Below, piece after piece: positions 17,170-26,964 of a stretch of 64,000 bases of DNA. Origin of the DNA: Candidatus Dormiibacterota bacterium (lineage in GTDB: Bacteria > Chloroflexota > Dormibacteria > Aeolococcales > Bog-877); assembly GCA_027313505.1 (NCBI GenBank), contig DAHVDN010000011.1, positions 2,131-66,130 of the forward strand, written 5' to 3'. Below the pieces are notes generated by a model, which worked only from the letters and a program-made list of their open reading frames with translations, was not told where the DNA came from and did no database searches. Position numbers and translations under genes: made by a program. How positions within the stretch are numbered: position 1 is the stretch's first letter; the number at the start of each line of letters is the position of its first letter.

Positions 17170-19904
17170 AGTCCGGACTCTACCTCCGCTACACAACCCG
17201 GTCGCTGCGGCGGGGGGGCCGGCGGACCGTGTTGGCGGCCTTCTGCGTCGGCGTCGGAGTGATGGCGATCGTGGGACTGCAGCTGGCGGCGGCGATGGTT
17301 TCGACCTCCCTGACGGCGAACGTCAGGGCCGCCAATGGGGGCGACATTTCCGTGGTGTCGGTGGCGGTGCCCCTCCCCGCCTCGCAGCTTCAGACGTTCG
17401 CCCGGCTGAGGGCGCAACACCTGATCACGAACTTCACCGCGGTCAGGGAGTACCAATCCACCCTGGTTAGAGCCAACGGTCAGGGTGTGTCGGCAGTTAT
17501 CGACGCTGTTGACCCGTCCAACTTCCCGCTGGTCGGATCGCTGCCTCTGCAGCCGGGAGCCCTCGGTTCCTTCAGTCAGCTCATGCACCGACCGGACACC
17601 ATGGTGGTCTCGGGCGGGGTCTCCAGCCTCCTGAGAGCCCCTGTCGGGAGCAGGGTGCGGGTGACCGCGGTCTCGGCGGTCCACGCGATCTACTGGACGA
17701 TCGGCGGGGTGCTTCAGGGAAGTCCCCCGACCGGGCTCAGCCAGGACGTGCTGACCTCAACAAGTACTCTCGCGTCCGCCCTGTCGCCGTCTGCCGCGGT
17801 GGACTACGGGGAGGTCTATGTGACCGCCCGCACCTCCGGCGCAGTCAACCGGGTGGCATCACTACTTCGGACGGCGTTCCCTTTGGCCACTGTCTCAACA
17901 GTTCAGCAGGCGCTGAACTCCGACCGCAAGGCCAGCCAGGCACTCACCCAATTCCTCTCGGTGGCGGGACTGGCGGCGCTGCTCATCGGCGGCATCGGGA
18001 TAGTCAACACGATGCAGGTGAGCCTCTCCCGGCGGCGTCTCGAGATCGCGATGCTCAAAACTACCGGATACCGGCGCAGGGACCTCTACCTGCTCTTCGG
18101 CCTGGAGGCGGCTCTGCTTGGGCTTGTGGGCGGCATCGCGGGAGCCGGAGCGGGCATCATCCTGTCGGACGGCATCCGCGCCCTGCTCCAAAACGTGGCC
18201 AATCTGAGCATCAGCTTTGTTTTGAATTGGGGAATCGTGGTGGCCGGGGTCGGCATCGGGGTCGCCACCACCTGCATCTTCGCCATCCTCCCAATCGTCC
18301 GCCTCAGCAGGGTCCGGCCGGCAGCGGTCCTCCGCGACGACCCGGGAGCTGTCAGTGTGGCGGTGATAGGCTCGAGCGCCGTTCTGCTGGCGCTCGTAGG
18401 AGCTCTCTTCTGGCTGCTGGCGTCCGCCATCCTGGGGTCAGCCGGCCTGGCCCTGGGGCTGGTGATTGGCACCGGTGTGGCGCTTGCGATTCTTACCGGC
18501 CTGTTCAGTCTGGCTCTCTGGCTGGTCGGGCACCTGCCCGTTCCGGAGCGATTCACCGCCTCCCATCTGCTGTTGGTGACCGCGGCTCTCCTCATCTCGA
18601 TAGGCATAACCCGAGTCGCCAGCCTGCGAGCGGTGGGCGCCCTCTTCATCGCGGTCGCCCTGCTCGGTTACCTGGTGGTCCTGCTGCCGCGCCCGGTCCA
18701 GTCCGTGATCCGGCTCGCCTTCAGGAACGCGGCCCGACAGAGAACCAGGACCGCCTCGACGGCCGTAGCCCTCTTCGTCGGTGTCTTCGCGGTCGGTCTG
18801 ATCCTGGTGCTGGGAACGGACATCCGAGCCGAGCTGGACAACATCATCACCCAGTCCACCACCTACAACGTGGTGGCCGTCGCTCCAGGTCAGGATCAGC
18901 AGGCGCTGCAGAAGGCTGTCAGCCAGCTCCACCCCAGTCAACAGATCTCCTCCAACGCAGCGGTGAGCGGCCCGGTGAGCCTGAATGGAGCTCCCTTCGC
19001 CAGCGCGGTGGGCATCACCGCCAACAGCCGTCGGGGTCGAGACTCGCTCTTTCTGTTGACCGGGATCCAGGGCTTCAATCTGAGCCAGGAGGCGGGGCCT
19101 CCGGTCAAGATAACCGCAGGTCACCAGCTCACTTCAGCGGACCTGGCCGACAACGGAGTGCTGCTGAACAACGCGCTCCAAGGAGGGCCGTATCACCTGA
19201 AGTTGGGGGATCGGATCGGACTTGCAGATCCCCTAGCCCGTGGAGTCGCGCCAGTCGTGGTGACGGTGGTTGGCTTCTACAGCCTGGGCTCGGGCAGCTC
19301 CAAGGGGGTCTCGATCACCTTCACTGTTGCTCCCGTTCTGGCAAACAGCCAGACGGTGGCCCAGGTGGGCGGGCCGGGGGCGATGCGGGTTGTGGAGATG
19401 AAGTTCCCTCCAAAGAGAGCGGATGCCGCAGCCACGAAGCTGCGCCAGGAGGTGACCGGCGCTCAGGTGGTCAGCCTGGCCGACTTCACCCTAATCATCG
19501 ACCAATTTCTCAACAACGCGATCCTGTTCCTTACCGCCATCGCCTCCTTGGCGCTTTTGGCCGGGATCGTCATCATCGCCAACTCGGTGGCTCTGGCCCT
19601 GCTCGAGAGGCGCCGGGAGATCGGCATTCAGAAGGCGGTGGGGCAGGGAAGCAGGGCAGTTTTCGCCCAGGTCCTGACCGAGACCGCAGCGGTTGCCTGG
19701 CTGGGCGCGACCGGTGGGATGCTGGGGATCGCACTGGTACTACTGCCACTGGGCCGGCTGGTGATAAAGATCTCTCTGGGGATACCCACTCCCCTTGCCC
19801 TGGCGATAGTCCTGGGTGCCATTCTGATCGCCGTCGGCACGGCGGCTCTGGTGGCCTGGGGCCCGGTGCGCATCCGACCCCTTGAGGTGCTTCGATACGA
19901 GTGA
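17166..19904 (+). CDS. ABC transporter permease with two FtsX-like modules (YbbP-like, about 10 TM)
   Basis: 912 aa. Two repeats, each an extracytoplasmic domain followed by a 3-4 TM FtsX-type bundle (…RRRLEIAMLKTTGYRRRDL… and …RRREIGIQKAVGQGSRAV…). Confidence 0.85.
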   Translation: MKSGLYLRYTTRSLRRGGRRTVLAAFCVGVGVMAIVGLQLAAAMVSTSLTANVRAANGGDISVVSVAVPLPASQLQTFARLRAQHLITNFTAVREYQSTLVRANGQGVSAVIDAVDPSNFPLVGSLPLQPGALGSFSQLMHRPDTMVVSGGVSSLLRAPVGSRVRVTAVSAVHAIYWTIGGVLQGSPPTGLSQDVLTSTSTLASALSPSAAVDYGEVYVTARTSGAVNRVASLLRTAFPLATVSTVQQALNSDRKASQALTQFLSVAGLAALLIGGIGIVNTMQVSLSRRRLEIAMLKTTGYRRRDLYLLFGLEAALLGLVGGIAGAGAGIILSDGIRALLQNVANLSISFVLNWGIVVAGVGIGVATTCIFAILPIVRLSRVRPAAVLRDDPGAVSVAVIGSSAVLLALVGALFWLLASAILGSAGLALGLVIGTGVALAILTGLFSLALWLVGHLPVPERFTASHLLLVTAALLISIGITRVASLRAVGALFIAVALLGYLVVLLPRPVQSVIRLAFRNAARQRTRTASTAVALFVGVFAVGLILVLGTDIRAELDNIITQSTTYNVVAVAPGQDQQALQKAVSQLHPSQQISSNAAVSGPVSLNGAPFASAVGITANSRRGRDSLFLLTGIQGFNLSQEAGPPVKITAGHQLTSADLADNGVLLNNALQGGPYHLKLGDRIGLADPLARGVAPVVVTVVGFYSLGSGSSKGVSITFTVAPVLANSQTVAQVGGPGAMRVVEMKFPPKRADAAATKLRQEVTGAQVVSLADFTLIIDQFLNNAILFLTAIASLALLAGIVIIANSVALALLERRREIGIQKAVGQGSRAVFAQVLTETAAVAWLGATGGMLGIALVLLPLGRLVIKISLGIPTPLALAIVLGAILIAVGTAALVAWGPVRIRPLEVLRYE

Positions 19905-19954
19905 TGCCACCTGGGATTGGGGAGCTTGCTGAGTCCTCTGATCGCGGGGTGGCG

Positions 19955-20593
19955 TCAGCCGACGATCGGCTGACGCCTCATCACCCAGAAGTGGGGTCCC
20001 CTGACCGGATCCAGCTCAGAGACCACCTCGAAACCGTGCCCGGCGTAAAAATGCACGTCCCGGTAGGTGGCTGTGTCGAGATAGGACTGCACCCCCATCC
20101 GGTCACAGCGCTCGAGGACCGGCCTGAGCACCGCTGATCCCAGGCCGATACCCTGTAACCTGGGCTCAGTGCCGAGGATCGCGAGATACCAGGCCGGGCC
20201 AGGGGGGTGAAGCCTGTGCAACCGGGCGGTGGTGATCGCCGCCTGTCGAACCCGGCTTCCCAACTTCCAAACGGTGAGGAGGTTCCACAGGAGCAGCCGG
20301 CCCAGCTTGTGCGGTGCGCCGGGTGCGAGGGGTAGCCCCACCGGCAGCCACAAAGCGGCCGATTCCAGCTTCTCAGTGCCCCACCCCTCTCCCGTTGCCA
20401 GAAGGATCTGGGAGTTGATCCGATACCACTCCTCGAGCGCCCTGGCTCGCCCTTCCACCCTGGGGAACAACCAGGCCGAGGTAGGGTCGTCAGCGAAAGC
20501 GCGGGCAAGCATCTGACCCAACTTCGAAGCATCTGACCCGACCAAGGGACGGATGCGAGTTGGCCCGAGTACCGGTTCAGGCTGGGTGCCCAA
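19955..20593 (-). CDS. GNAT family N-acetyltransferase
   Basis: 212 aa. Acetyl-CoA binding segment LQGIGLGSAVLRPVLERCD and C-terminal FYAGHGFEV. Confidence 0.8.
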   Translation of the reverse strand: MGTQPEPVLGPTRIRPLVGSDASKLGQMLARAFADDPTSAWLFPRVEGRARALEEWYRINSQILLATGEGWGTEKLESAALWLPVGLPLAPGAPHKLGRLLLWNLLTVWKLGSRVRQAAITTARLHRLHPPGPAWYLAILGTEPRLQGIGLGSAVLRPVLERCDRMGVQSYLDTATYRDVHFYAGHGFEVVSELDPVRGPHFWVMRRQPIVG

Positions 20594-20640
20594 TCTGTCG
20601 AGTCAGCGGCGATTGCGACAAAATGAGCTGACAGATTCCG

Positions 20641-21090
20641 TCACCTCGGCTCTCCAGCCTGCCTATTGGCCAGACGCTCCGCGAGCGCGTTCAGCACAAT
20701 TGGGGCGACCGTCTTTCCGACCCGCAGGGCGATCGCCTGAGCTGGGCTCCGAGAGCCCGAAGTGGAACGACGACGCGCTCCCAGATCGGTGGCCTCGGCG
20801 GCTTCCGACAGCAGCTCCTGAAGTCGGACGCGCCACTCCTCCGGCATCGACTCGATCCAGTCGCCGACGACCGGCTGCTGCCTCTTGCGCCGTCGCTTCT
20901 GCATCAGGTAGGCGGTGCCGACCAGGGCGACAACCCCGACCCCGAGGGCGAGCCGCGGACCATCCCGTCTCAGCCGACGACGGGGGTCGAGCTCCTCACG
21001 CAGGCGTGCCTCTAACCGATCCAGGGTCAGGTCGATCCGTCCCCTGGTCGCCGCTACCTGTGCGCGCGCTTGCTCTGGCGTCGTACCCAC
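20641..21090 (-). CDS. DUF3618-like membrane-anchored protein
   Basis: N-terminal coiled region (PEQARAQVAATRGRIDLTLDRLEARLREELDPRRRL), one TM helix, then a basic stretch. This architecture is usually found beside holin-X genes in actinobacteria. The GTG start at 21090 overlaps the upstream gene by 37 nt. Confidence 0.55.
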   Translation of the reverse strand: MGTTPEQARAQVAATRGRIDLTLDRLEARLREELDPRRRLRRDGPRLALGVGVVALVGTAYLMQKRRRKRQQPVVGDWIESMPEEWRVRLQELLSEAAEATDLGARRRSTSGSRSPAQAIALRVGKTVAPIVLNALAERLANRQAGEPR

Positions 21091-21446
21091 TCAAGATCCT
21101 CTGTGAGGCTGTCCTTGCTGGCTGAGAACGGCCACAGATGGCGGTTGGACCACACCACGATGCCACCTGCCACCAACAGTAGAAGGCCGAACAGGGCCAC
21201 GATCGCCGCCGCAAGGACGTGGTTTGGAGTCCACTCAACTATAAGAACCAGAGCGAAGATCAAGAACAGGCTGAGGCCCACTCCGGCCACCGCTCCTGCG
21301 ATCGCCAGCCGGAGGCCCCGCCAGGCGCTCTGCTTGAGTTCGGCCTTGCCGAGCGAGAGCTCATCGATCACCAACTGCCGCAGCTCGTCGCCCAGACTGT
21401 GTACGAGCTGAGACACCGGCTCCTCGGTAACTTCAGGATTCCGCAT
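21054..21446 (-). CDS. holin-X / phage_holin_3_6-like small membrane protein
   Basis: 130 aa. An amphipathic N-terminus (LRQLVIDELSLGKAELKQS) is followed by two long TM helices and a charged tail. Confidence 0.6.
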   Translation of the reverse strand: MRNPEVTEEPVSQLVHSLGDELRQLVIDELSLGKAELKQSAWRGLRLAIAGAVAGVGLSLFLIFALVLIVEWTPNHVLAAAIVALFGLLLLVAGGIVVWSNRHLWPFSASKDSLTEDLEWVRRQSKRAHR

Positions 21447-21465
21447 CCCCTGCAGGTTAGCGGAT

Positions 21466-22365
21466 GTGAGTCACCAAGTCGCCGCCGCCTATGATCAGTT
21501 GGTGGGATCCCAAGACGGGAGCGGCCGCTCCCCGCTGATCGCTCCCCTGGTTCGACTGGCCAGACGGGGCAGCCTCCTGATCGCGACCGACTTCGACGGA
21601 ACCCTGGCGCCCGTAGTCCGGGACCCACGGCGAGCGCGGCCGTTGCAGATGGCGACCCGGGCTCTGGCGGAGCTGGCCCGGCGCACTCCGGTGGCGGTGA
21701 TCAGCGGTCGAGACCTGGCCAACCTGGCGGTGCAGTGCCCGGTCCCGGGGGTCCTGCTCCTTGGCAGCTACGGTTTGGAGCCATGGATGAGGCTGAGCCC
21801 CGACGAGGCTCTGCCGACTCCGTCCGCCCCCTCACCGGGGTTGCTGGAGCTGGCCCAAATCCTTGAGGAGCTCACGGCCTGGCTGCCGGGGGTACAGGTG
21901 GAGGCGAAGGCAATGGGAGTTGCAGTCCACTACCGCAACTCGCCTGAGCCCAGGCGGGTAGGACCGACGGTGCGCAGGATGGTCGAGCAGCTGGCCGTCC
22001 AAGATCATCTTGAAATTGTTCGCGGCAAGTTGGTGATCGAGGTTCGGCCACCTCGGAGCGGCAACAAGGGAACCGCAATTGCTGCCATCTTGGAACGGCT
22101 GAGTCCCAAAGGATGCGTCTTCGCGGGTGACGACCTGGGTGATCTGCCGGCGATGGAGGAGCTCCATCGCCGTTCCGGAGACATGGAACTGGCACTTGCC
22201 ATAGGTGTGCTCGGCCCGGAGACCAATCCTCGGTTGGAAGAGACTGCCGACCTGTGTCTCGCGGGCCCGGGTGCCTGGGCCGAGCTGCTGATGCAGCTGG
22301 TTGAGGCGCTCTCAGCTGTCTCCGCCGCCGGACGCTCGGAGGCTACTGCGCCAGCAGGTCGTTGA
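21466..22365 (+). CDS. otsB: trehalose-6-phosphate phosphatase
   Basis: HAD motif I IATDFDGTLAP, later GNKGTA and GDDLGD motifs. Convergent partner of otsA. Confidence 0.85.
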   Translation: MSHQVAAAYDQLVGSQDGSGRSPLIAPLVRLARRGSLLIATDFDGTLAPVVRDPRRARPLQMATRALAELARRTPVAVISGRDLANLAVQCPVPGVLLLGSYGLEPWMRLSPDEALPTPSAPSPGLLELAQILEELTAWLPGVQVEAKAMGVAVHYRNSPEPRRVGPTVRRMVEQLAVQDHLEIVRGKLVIEVRPPRSGNKGTAIAAILERLSPKGCVFAGDDLGDLPAMEELHRRSGDMELALAIGVLGPETNPRLEETADLCLAGPGAWAELLMQLVEALSAVSAAGRSEATAPAGR

Positions 22366-23842
22366 GGTCCTGAAGCTGGTTGCTGATCCATCTGGTGATG
22401 TCATTGCGGCGAACAATCTGGCGCAGCTGCCGCGCTCGATTGGCTCGGTAGCGCTTGGGCATCGTCAGCGCGGCATGTAGCGCCTCCGCGGTTTGGTCGA
22501 TATCGAAAGGGTTGATCCCGATGGCATGCTGGCCCAGCTCCTCGTAGCTGCCCGCATTCTCACTGAGCACCAACACCCCATCCCGAGAGTTGCAGAGCAC
22601 GCCCTCCTTGGCGACCAGGTTCATCCCATCGTAGATCGGGTTCACCAACAAAGCGTCGTAGGACTTGTAGGCGGCCACGGCTCGATGCAGGTTGTCTCCG
22701 ACCTCCAACCGGATGGGCAGCCAGGTTCCGGTCTGGAATCGGCGATTCACTCGGGCGGTCGCAGCGACCAGGGCCCCGAGGTAGGAGCGGTAGGCGTCTA
22801 CGTTTTGACGACTGCGCTGCAGTAGAGCCCAGAACTCCACCCGGCCGCGGAGCTCCGGGTGGGTCTCGAGAAGCCGCTCATAGGCGAGGAAACCTCGCAC
22901 GATGTTCTTACTCAGATCGGTTCGATCGACTCTGAGGATGAGCATCTCCGGGCGCCACGCGGCGATCTTTTCCTCCTCCGCCACCACCGCCGGACTGGCC
23001 GCCATCTCGGTCATGCCGCGAATGTCGATGGAGATGGGGTAGGCGCGGACCCAAACCGACCGACCTTCGTAGAACACTATGCGCTGGCGGTGGTCCACCC
23101 CAAGGCCCAGATTCTCCTCGCAGGTCATCAAGAAATTTCGGACGTCGAGGCTGGTCTGCAAGCCGACGACGTCGTTCCCCAAAAGACCAGTCAGGATCCC
23201 ATCGCGCATCTGGCGCGGGATGATCTTCCAGTACTGGGGGGTGGGCCAGGGGATGTGAATGAAATGCTGCAGCCTCGCCTCCGGCAACCTCGCCCGCACC
23301 ATGGCGGGCATGAGGTAGAGGTGGTAGTCCTGGGTTAGGACCAGCGGCCTGGCCCTTGATGCCTTCGCCACCTGAACCACCTTGTCGGCAAAGTCCTGGT
23401 TTACGCGGACATATCCTTCGCGCCAGGCGTGCCCGGTCTTGGAGTCCAGAATTGGCTCTCTGCCGAGATCCCACAGGTAGTGCTGGATGAACCAGAGCAG
23501 GGGATTGCTGATCTGGTTGTAGTAGAGGTCGTAGGCCTCGGGATCGGGCTCGACGAAAACTACCCGAAAGGTCTCCGAGTCCTCGGTGGTCACCTCGACC
23601 ACTCCGTCCTCCCCGGCTCTGGTCACCAGCTCCAAATCGGATGGACCCCTGGCCGCTCCGACCCAGGTTGAGCCGCTGGACTTGGCCAGCGACGCCATGG
23701 CGGTCACCAACCCCCCGCCCCCTCGGGTGACGCGCTCCACCCCATCATGACCGGTGTGGACGTCGATCGGGGGGCGGTTGGCGACCACGATTGTCTGCCA
23801 CCCCTGGAGCATCCGCCGAAGATAGGATTCGATACCTGGCAC
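22343..23842 (-). CDS. otsA: alpha,alpha-trehalose-phosphate synthase (GT20)
   Basis: 499 aa. GT20 strings VVANRPP, NPLLWFIQHYLWD, DYHLYLMP, VNPIYDGMNLVAKE. GTG start. Confidence 0.9.
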   Translation of the reverse strand: MPGIESYLRRMLQGWQTIVVANRPPIDVHTGHDGVERVTRGGGGLVTAMASLAKSSGSTWVGAARGPSDLELVTRAGEDGVVEVTTEDSETFRVVFVEPDPEAYDLYYNQISNPLLWFIQHYLWDLGREPILDSKTGHAWREGYVRVNQDFADKVVQVAKASRARPLVLTQDYHLYLMPAMVRARLPEARLQHFIHIPWPTPQYWKIIPRQMRDGILTGLLGNDVVGLQTSLDVRNFLMTCEENLGLGVDHRQRIVFYEGRSVWVRAYPISIDIRGMTEMAASPAVVAEEEKIAAWRPEMLILRVDRTDLSKNIVRGFLAYERLLETHPELRGRVEFWALLQRSRQNVDAYRSYLGALVAATARVNRRFQTGTWLPIRLEVGDNLHRAVAAYKSYDALLVNPIYDGMNLVAKEGVLCNSRDGVLVLSENAGSYEELGQHAIGINPFDIDQTAEALHAALTMPKRYRANRARQLRQIVRRNDITRWISNQLQDLNDLLAQ

Positions 23843-24009
23843 GCCGCATAGGATGACGGGTGCGAGGCTCCCATGGGCGGTTGGCCTCTCCCAGGAAGGA
23901 CCGGAGAACGCTTAGGGCCCGTTGGGAGGGGGGCCGTCGCTGATACCGGAATCCCCACCAGGCAGGGGGCCAACTCCTCCTCAGCGCCTCCCTCCGGTAG
24001 GATCGGACC

Positions 24010-25152
24010 GTGAAGCTTTCGGTACCACGCGAGACCGCCCCTGAGGAGCGACGCATCGCGGTGAGTCCAGACTCCATCCCCCGGCTGCTCGCACTAGGAG
24101 TCAGTGTTCAGGTGGAACGGGGAGCCGGCGAGGCCGCCGGCTTCTCGGACCAGGCGCTGGAAGCTGCGGGAGCGACCTTGGCTGCGGACCCCAAGAGTTG
24201 CCTCGAGGGCTCCGGCGTGGTCTGCAAGGTTCAGCCACCCAATCTCGACGAGGTCCCTCTACTTCCGGAGGGAGCGACTCTGGTGAGCTTTCTGCCGACA
24301 TCCGCCTCTCCTCAGCTGCTCCGGGCACTGTGCGGCCGCCACATCACTGCCATAAGCTTTGAGCTGATCCCACGGATTAGCCGGGCACAGGCGATGGATG
24401 CCCTCTCGTCCCAGGCTTCGATCGGAGGCTACAAGGCGGTGCTGATGGGCGCCGACCGGCTGGCGAAAATCATGCCTCTGCAGATGACTGCGGCCGGCAC
24501 GATTCCGCCGTCGCGGGTGTTGGTGCTGGGCGCGGGCGTCGCCGGGCTTCAGGCGATCGCCACCGCACGCCGTCTGGGTGCGGTTGTAGAGGCCTACGAC
24601 GTTCGGCCCGCGGTTCGCGATGAGGTGCGCAGCCTGGGAGCGACCTTCGTGGAGCTGGAGCTGGAGGCCCAGGAGGGAGAAGGCGGATACGCCAGAGAGC
24701 AGTCCGAGGAGTTCCTGGCCAAACAGCGAGAGCTGATTGGCCAGAGGGTTCAACAGAGTGACCTCGTGGTCACCACCGCCGCGATCCCAGGGCGACCTTC
24801 GCCGGTTTTGGTCACCAAGGAGATGGTTGAGGGGATGCGCGCGGGGTCTGTGCTGGTCGATCTGGCTGCTGAAGGCGGCGGCAACTGCCAGCTGACGATT
24901 CCCGGAGAGGAGGTGGTCGTGAACGGCGTGAGGATCGTCGGTCTTAGAAACCTGCCAGCGATGGTCGCCTCCACCAGCAGCCAGATGTATGCCCGAAACG
25001 TGGCCACGGTGTGCGCCCATCTGGTGAAGGGAGGGGAGCTGTCCCTGGACCTGTCAGATGAGATCACCAACGCCAGCTGCGCGATCCACGCGGGGGAGAT
25101 CCGCAACGAGCTGATGCGGGAGGCGGCACTGGGAGGCGTCGGAAAATCATGA
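24010..25152 (+). CDS. pntA: NAD(P) transhydrogenase subunit alpha part 1 (dI)
   Basis: Alanine-dehydrogenase/PNT fold with Rossmann motif VLVLGAGVAGLQAI. GTG start 6 nt after a TAGGAT box (possibly leaderless). Confidence 0.9.
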   Translation: MKLSVPRETAPEERRIAVSPDSIPRLLALGVSVQVERGAGEAAGFSDQALEAAGATLAADPKSCLEGSGVVCKVQPPNLDEVPLLPEGATLVSFLPTSASPQLLRALCGRHITAISFELIPRISRAQAMDALSSQASIGGYKAVLMGADRLAKIMPLQMTAAGTIPPSRVLVLGAGVAGLQAIATARRLGAVVEAYDVRPAVRDEVRSLGATFVELELEAQEGEGGYAREQSEEFLAKQRELIGQRVQQSDLVVTTAAIPGRPSPVLVTKEMVEGMRAGSVLVDLAAEGGGNCQLTIPGEEVVVNGVRIVGLRNLPAMVASTSSQMYARNVATVCAHLVKGGELSLDLSDEITNASCAIHAGEIRNELMREAALGGVGKS

Positions 25153-25454
25153 GCGCACAGCTGGTAAGCGAGATCTCGATCTTCGTTTTGGCGGTCTTTC
25201 TGGGCTTTGAGGTGATCTCCAAGGTGCCTACGATCCTGCACACCCCGCTCATGTCTGGCAGTAACGCGATCCACGGGGTGATCCTGGTCGGGGCGATGGT
25301 GATCATGGCTGGCGCCCAGGGGCCCCTCCAGGAGCTGCTGGGGTTCTTGGCCGTCGTTCTGGCGACCATCAACGTTGTTGGGGGATATGTGGTGACCGAC
25401 CGCATGCTGGAGATGTTCCGGAGCCGGAACAAGCGTGGGGGAACGCCGACTTGA
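25149..25454 (+). CDS. pntA: NAD(P) transhydrogenase subunit alpha part 2 (membrane dII-a)
   Basis: 101 aa with 3-4 TM (SGSNAIHGVILVGAM). ATGA overlap with pntAA. Confidence 0.88.
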   Translation: MSAQLVSEISIFVLAVFLGFEVISKVPTILHTPLMSGSNAIHGVILVGAMVIMAGAQGPLQELLGFLAVVLATINVVGGYVVTDRMLEMFRSRNKRGGTPT

Positions 25455-25512
25455 CCCGACTGGCTCTCATTGCTGCCTGCGAGGCACGTCCCGCCCCGAG
25501 CGGTGGCGGCCG

Positions 25513-26910
25513 ATGACATTCTCCGCGCCCATCACCCTGCTATATCTCCTGGCTGCCGTCCTGTTCATCTGGGGCCTGCACCAGCTGAGCTCACCCCGGC
25601 ACGCTCGAATGGGCAACCTCCTGGCGGCTGCTGGCATGGTTATCGCCTTTGCAGCCACGGTCCCCGGCCTGCACCATTCGGTGCTGAACTTGGTCCTGAT
25701 GGTGGTGGCGATCCTCATCGGGGCTCCGCTCGGGGCGGTGGCGGCTCGTGCCGTGCGCATGACCGCCATGCCCCAGATGGTGGCCACCTTCAACGGGGTG
25801 GGCGGCGGGGCGGCGGCGCTGATCTCCGTGGTGGAGTTCCTGAGGGCGCCCAGCACGGTGGCGATACCGATAGTCCTCTCGATTCCGGTGGTGTTCGCGG
25901 TGGTGATCGGTGCCACCAGCTTCGCGGGTTCCGGGGTCGCATACGCCAAGTTGCAGGAGCTGATGCGCGGCACCCCGATCATTTATCGCGGGCAGCAGCC
26001 GGTGAACGCGGCGGTGGCAGCCGCGATCGTGGTGCTGGGGGTACTGCTGGTGGTCACCGGCGTTGGGGTCCTGGCGCTCTGGGCGCTTTTGGTGCTCTCC
26101 CTCCTCCTCGGAGTGGCATTCGTGCTGCCGATCGGAGGCGCGGACATGCCGGTGGTCATCTCCATGCTCAACGCCTTCACCGGACTGGCGGTGGCCGGCG
26201 ACGGATTCGTCCTGGGCAACCCGGTCCTGATCGTGGGTGGAACCCTGGTCGGGGCCTCGGGGACCTTTCTCACCAAGATGATGTCCGACGCCATGGGCCG
26301 TTCCATTGGGAACCTCCTCTTCGGGGCGTTCGGCACGGTCTTGGTGACCGAGCAGTCCGCGGCTGGAGGAGCGGGCAGGAGCGTCAGATCGGGAACCGCC
26401 GACGACATCGGGACTCTTCTTGCCTACTCCCAGAAGGTGATCTTCGTCCCGGGATACGGGCTGGCCGTGGCCCAGGCCCAGCACGCAGTCCGAGATCTGG
26501 CAGAGCTTCTGGAGAAGCGAGGGGTCGAAGTGGACTACGCAATTCACCCGGTGGCGGGAAGGATGCCCGGCCACATGAACGTGCTCTTGGCCGAGGCGAA
26601 TGTGCCATATGAGCAGCTGAAGGAAATGGACGAGATCAACGACGCCTTCCGCTCCACCGACGTGGCGCTGGTGGTCGGCGCCAATGACGTGGTAAACCCG
26701 GCTGCTCGCAACTCACCGGGGAGTCCCATCTACGGCATGCCCATTCTGAACGTCGACCAGGCCAAGAACATCGTCTTTTTGAAGCGGTCGATGCGACCCG
26801 GCTTCGCGGGGATCGACAACGAGCTCCTCTACGATCCCAAGACCATCATGCTCTTCGGTGATGCCAAGGACTCGCTGACCAGTCTGGTGGCTGCCGTGAA
26901 GGCTGCCTGA
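25513..26910 (+). CDS. pntB: NAD(P) transhydrogenase subunit beta
   Basis: Membrane dII-b plus C-terminal dIII (PGYGLAVAQAQH, HPVAGRMPGHMNVLLAEA, GANDVVNP). ATG at 25513 (MTFSAPITLLYL...) is preferred over the track start at 25435. Confidence 0.9.
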   Translation: MTFSAPITLLYLLAAVLFIWGLHQLSSPRHARMGNLLAAAGMVIAFAATVPGLHHSVLNLVLMVVAILIGAPLGAVAARAVRMTAMPQMVATFNGVGGGAAALISVVEFLRAPSTVAIPIVLSIPVVFAVVIGATSFAGSGVAYAKLQELMRGTPIIYRGQQPVNAAVAAAIVVLGVLLVVTGVGVLALWALLVLSLLLGVAFVLPIGGADMPVVISMLNAFTGLAVAGDGFVLGNPVLIVGGTLVGASGTFLTKMMSDAMGRSIGNLLFGAFGTVLVTEQSAAGGAGRSVRSGTADDIGTLLAYSQKVIFVPGYGLAVAQAQHAVRDLAELLEKRGVEVDYAIHPVAGRMPGHMNVLLAEANVPYEQLKEMDEINDAFRSTDVALVVGANDVVNPAARNSPGSPIYGMPILNVDQAKNIVFLKRSMRPGFAGIDNELLYDPKTIMLFGDAKDSLTSLVAAVKAA

Positions 26911-26964
26911 CCGAAGAGACGAGCAGGCGCTGGACCCAGGAGCTCGCTCCGCCCCGCCTTCGGC

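Noticed and set aside
18227-19885. 552-aa plus-strand ORF in an alternative frame of the FtsX permease gene
   Set aside because: The composition is dominated by R/G/P/S with no hydrophobic structure. The overlapping frame encodes a coherent 10-TM FtsX protein.
25470-26612. 380-aa (+) and 327-aa (-, 25591..26574) ORFs overlapping pntB
   Set aside because: Low-complexity Arg/Gly/His translations. The pntB frame carries unmistakable transhydrogenase beta motifs.
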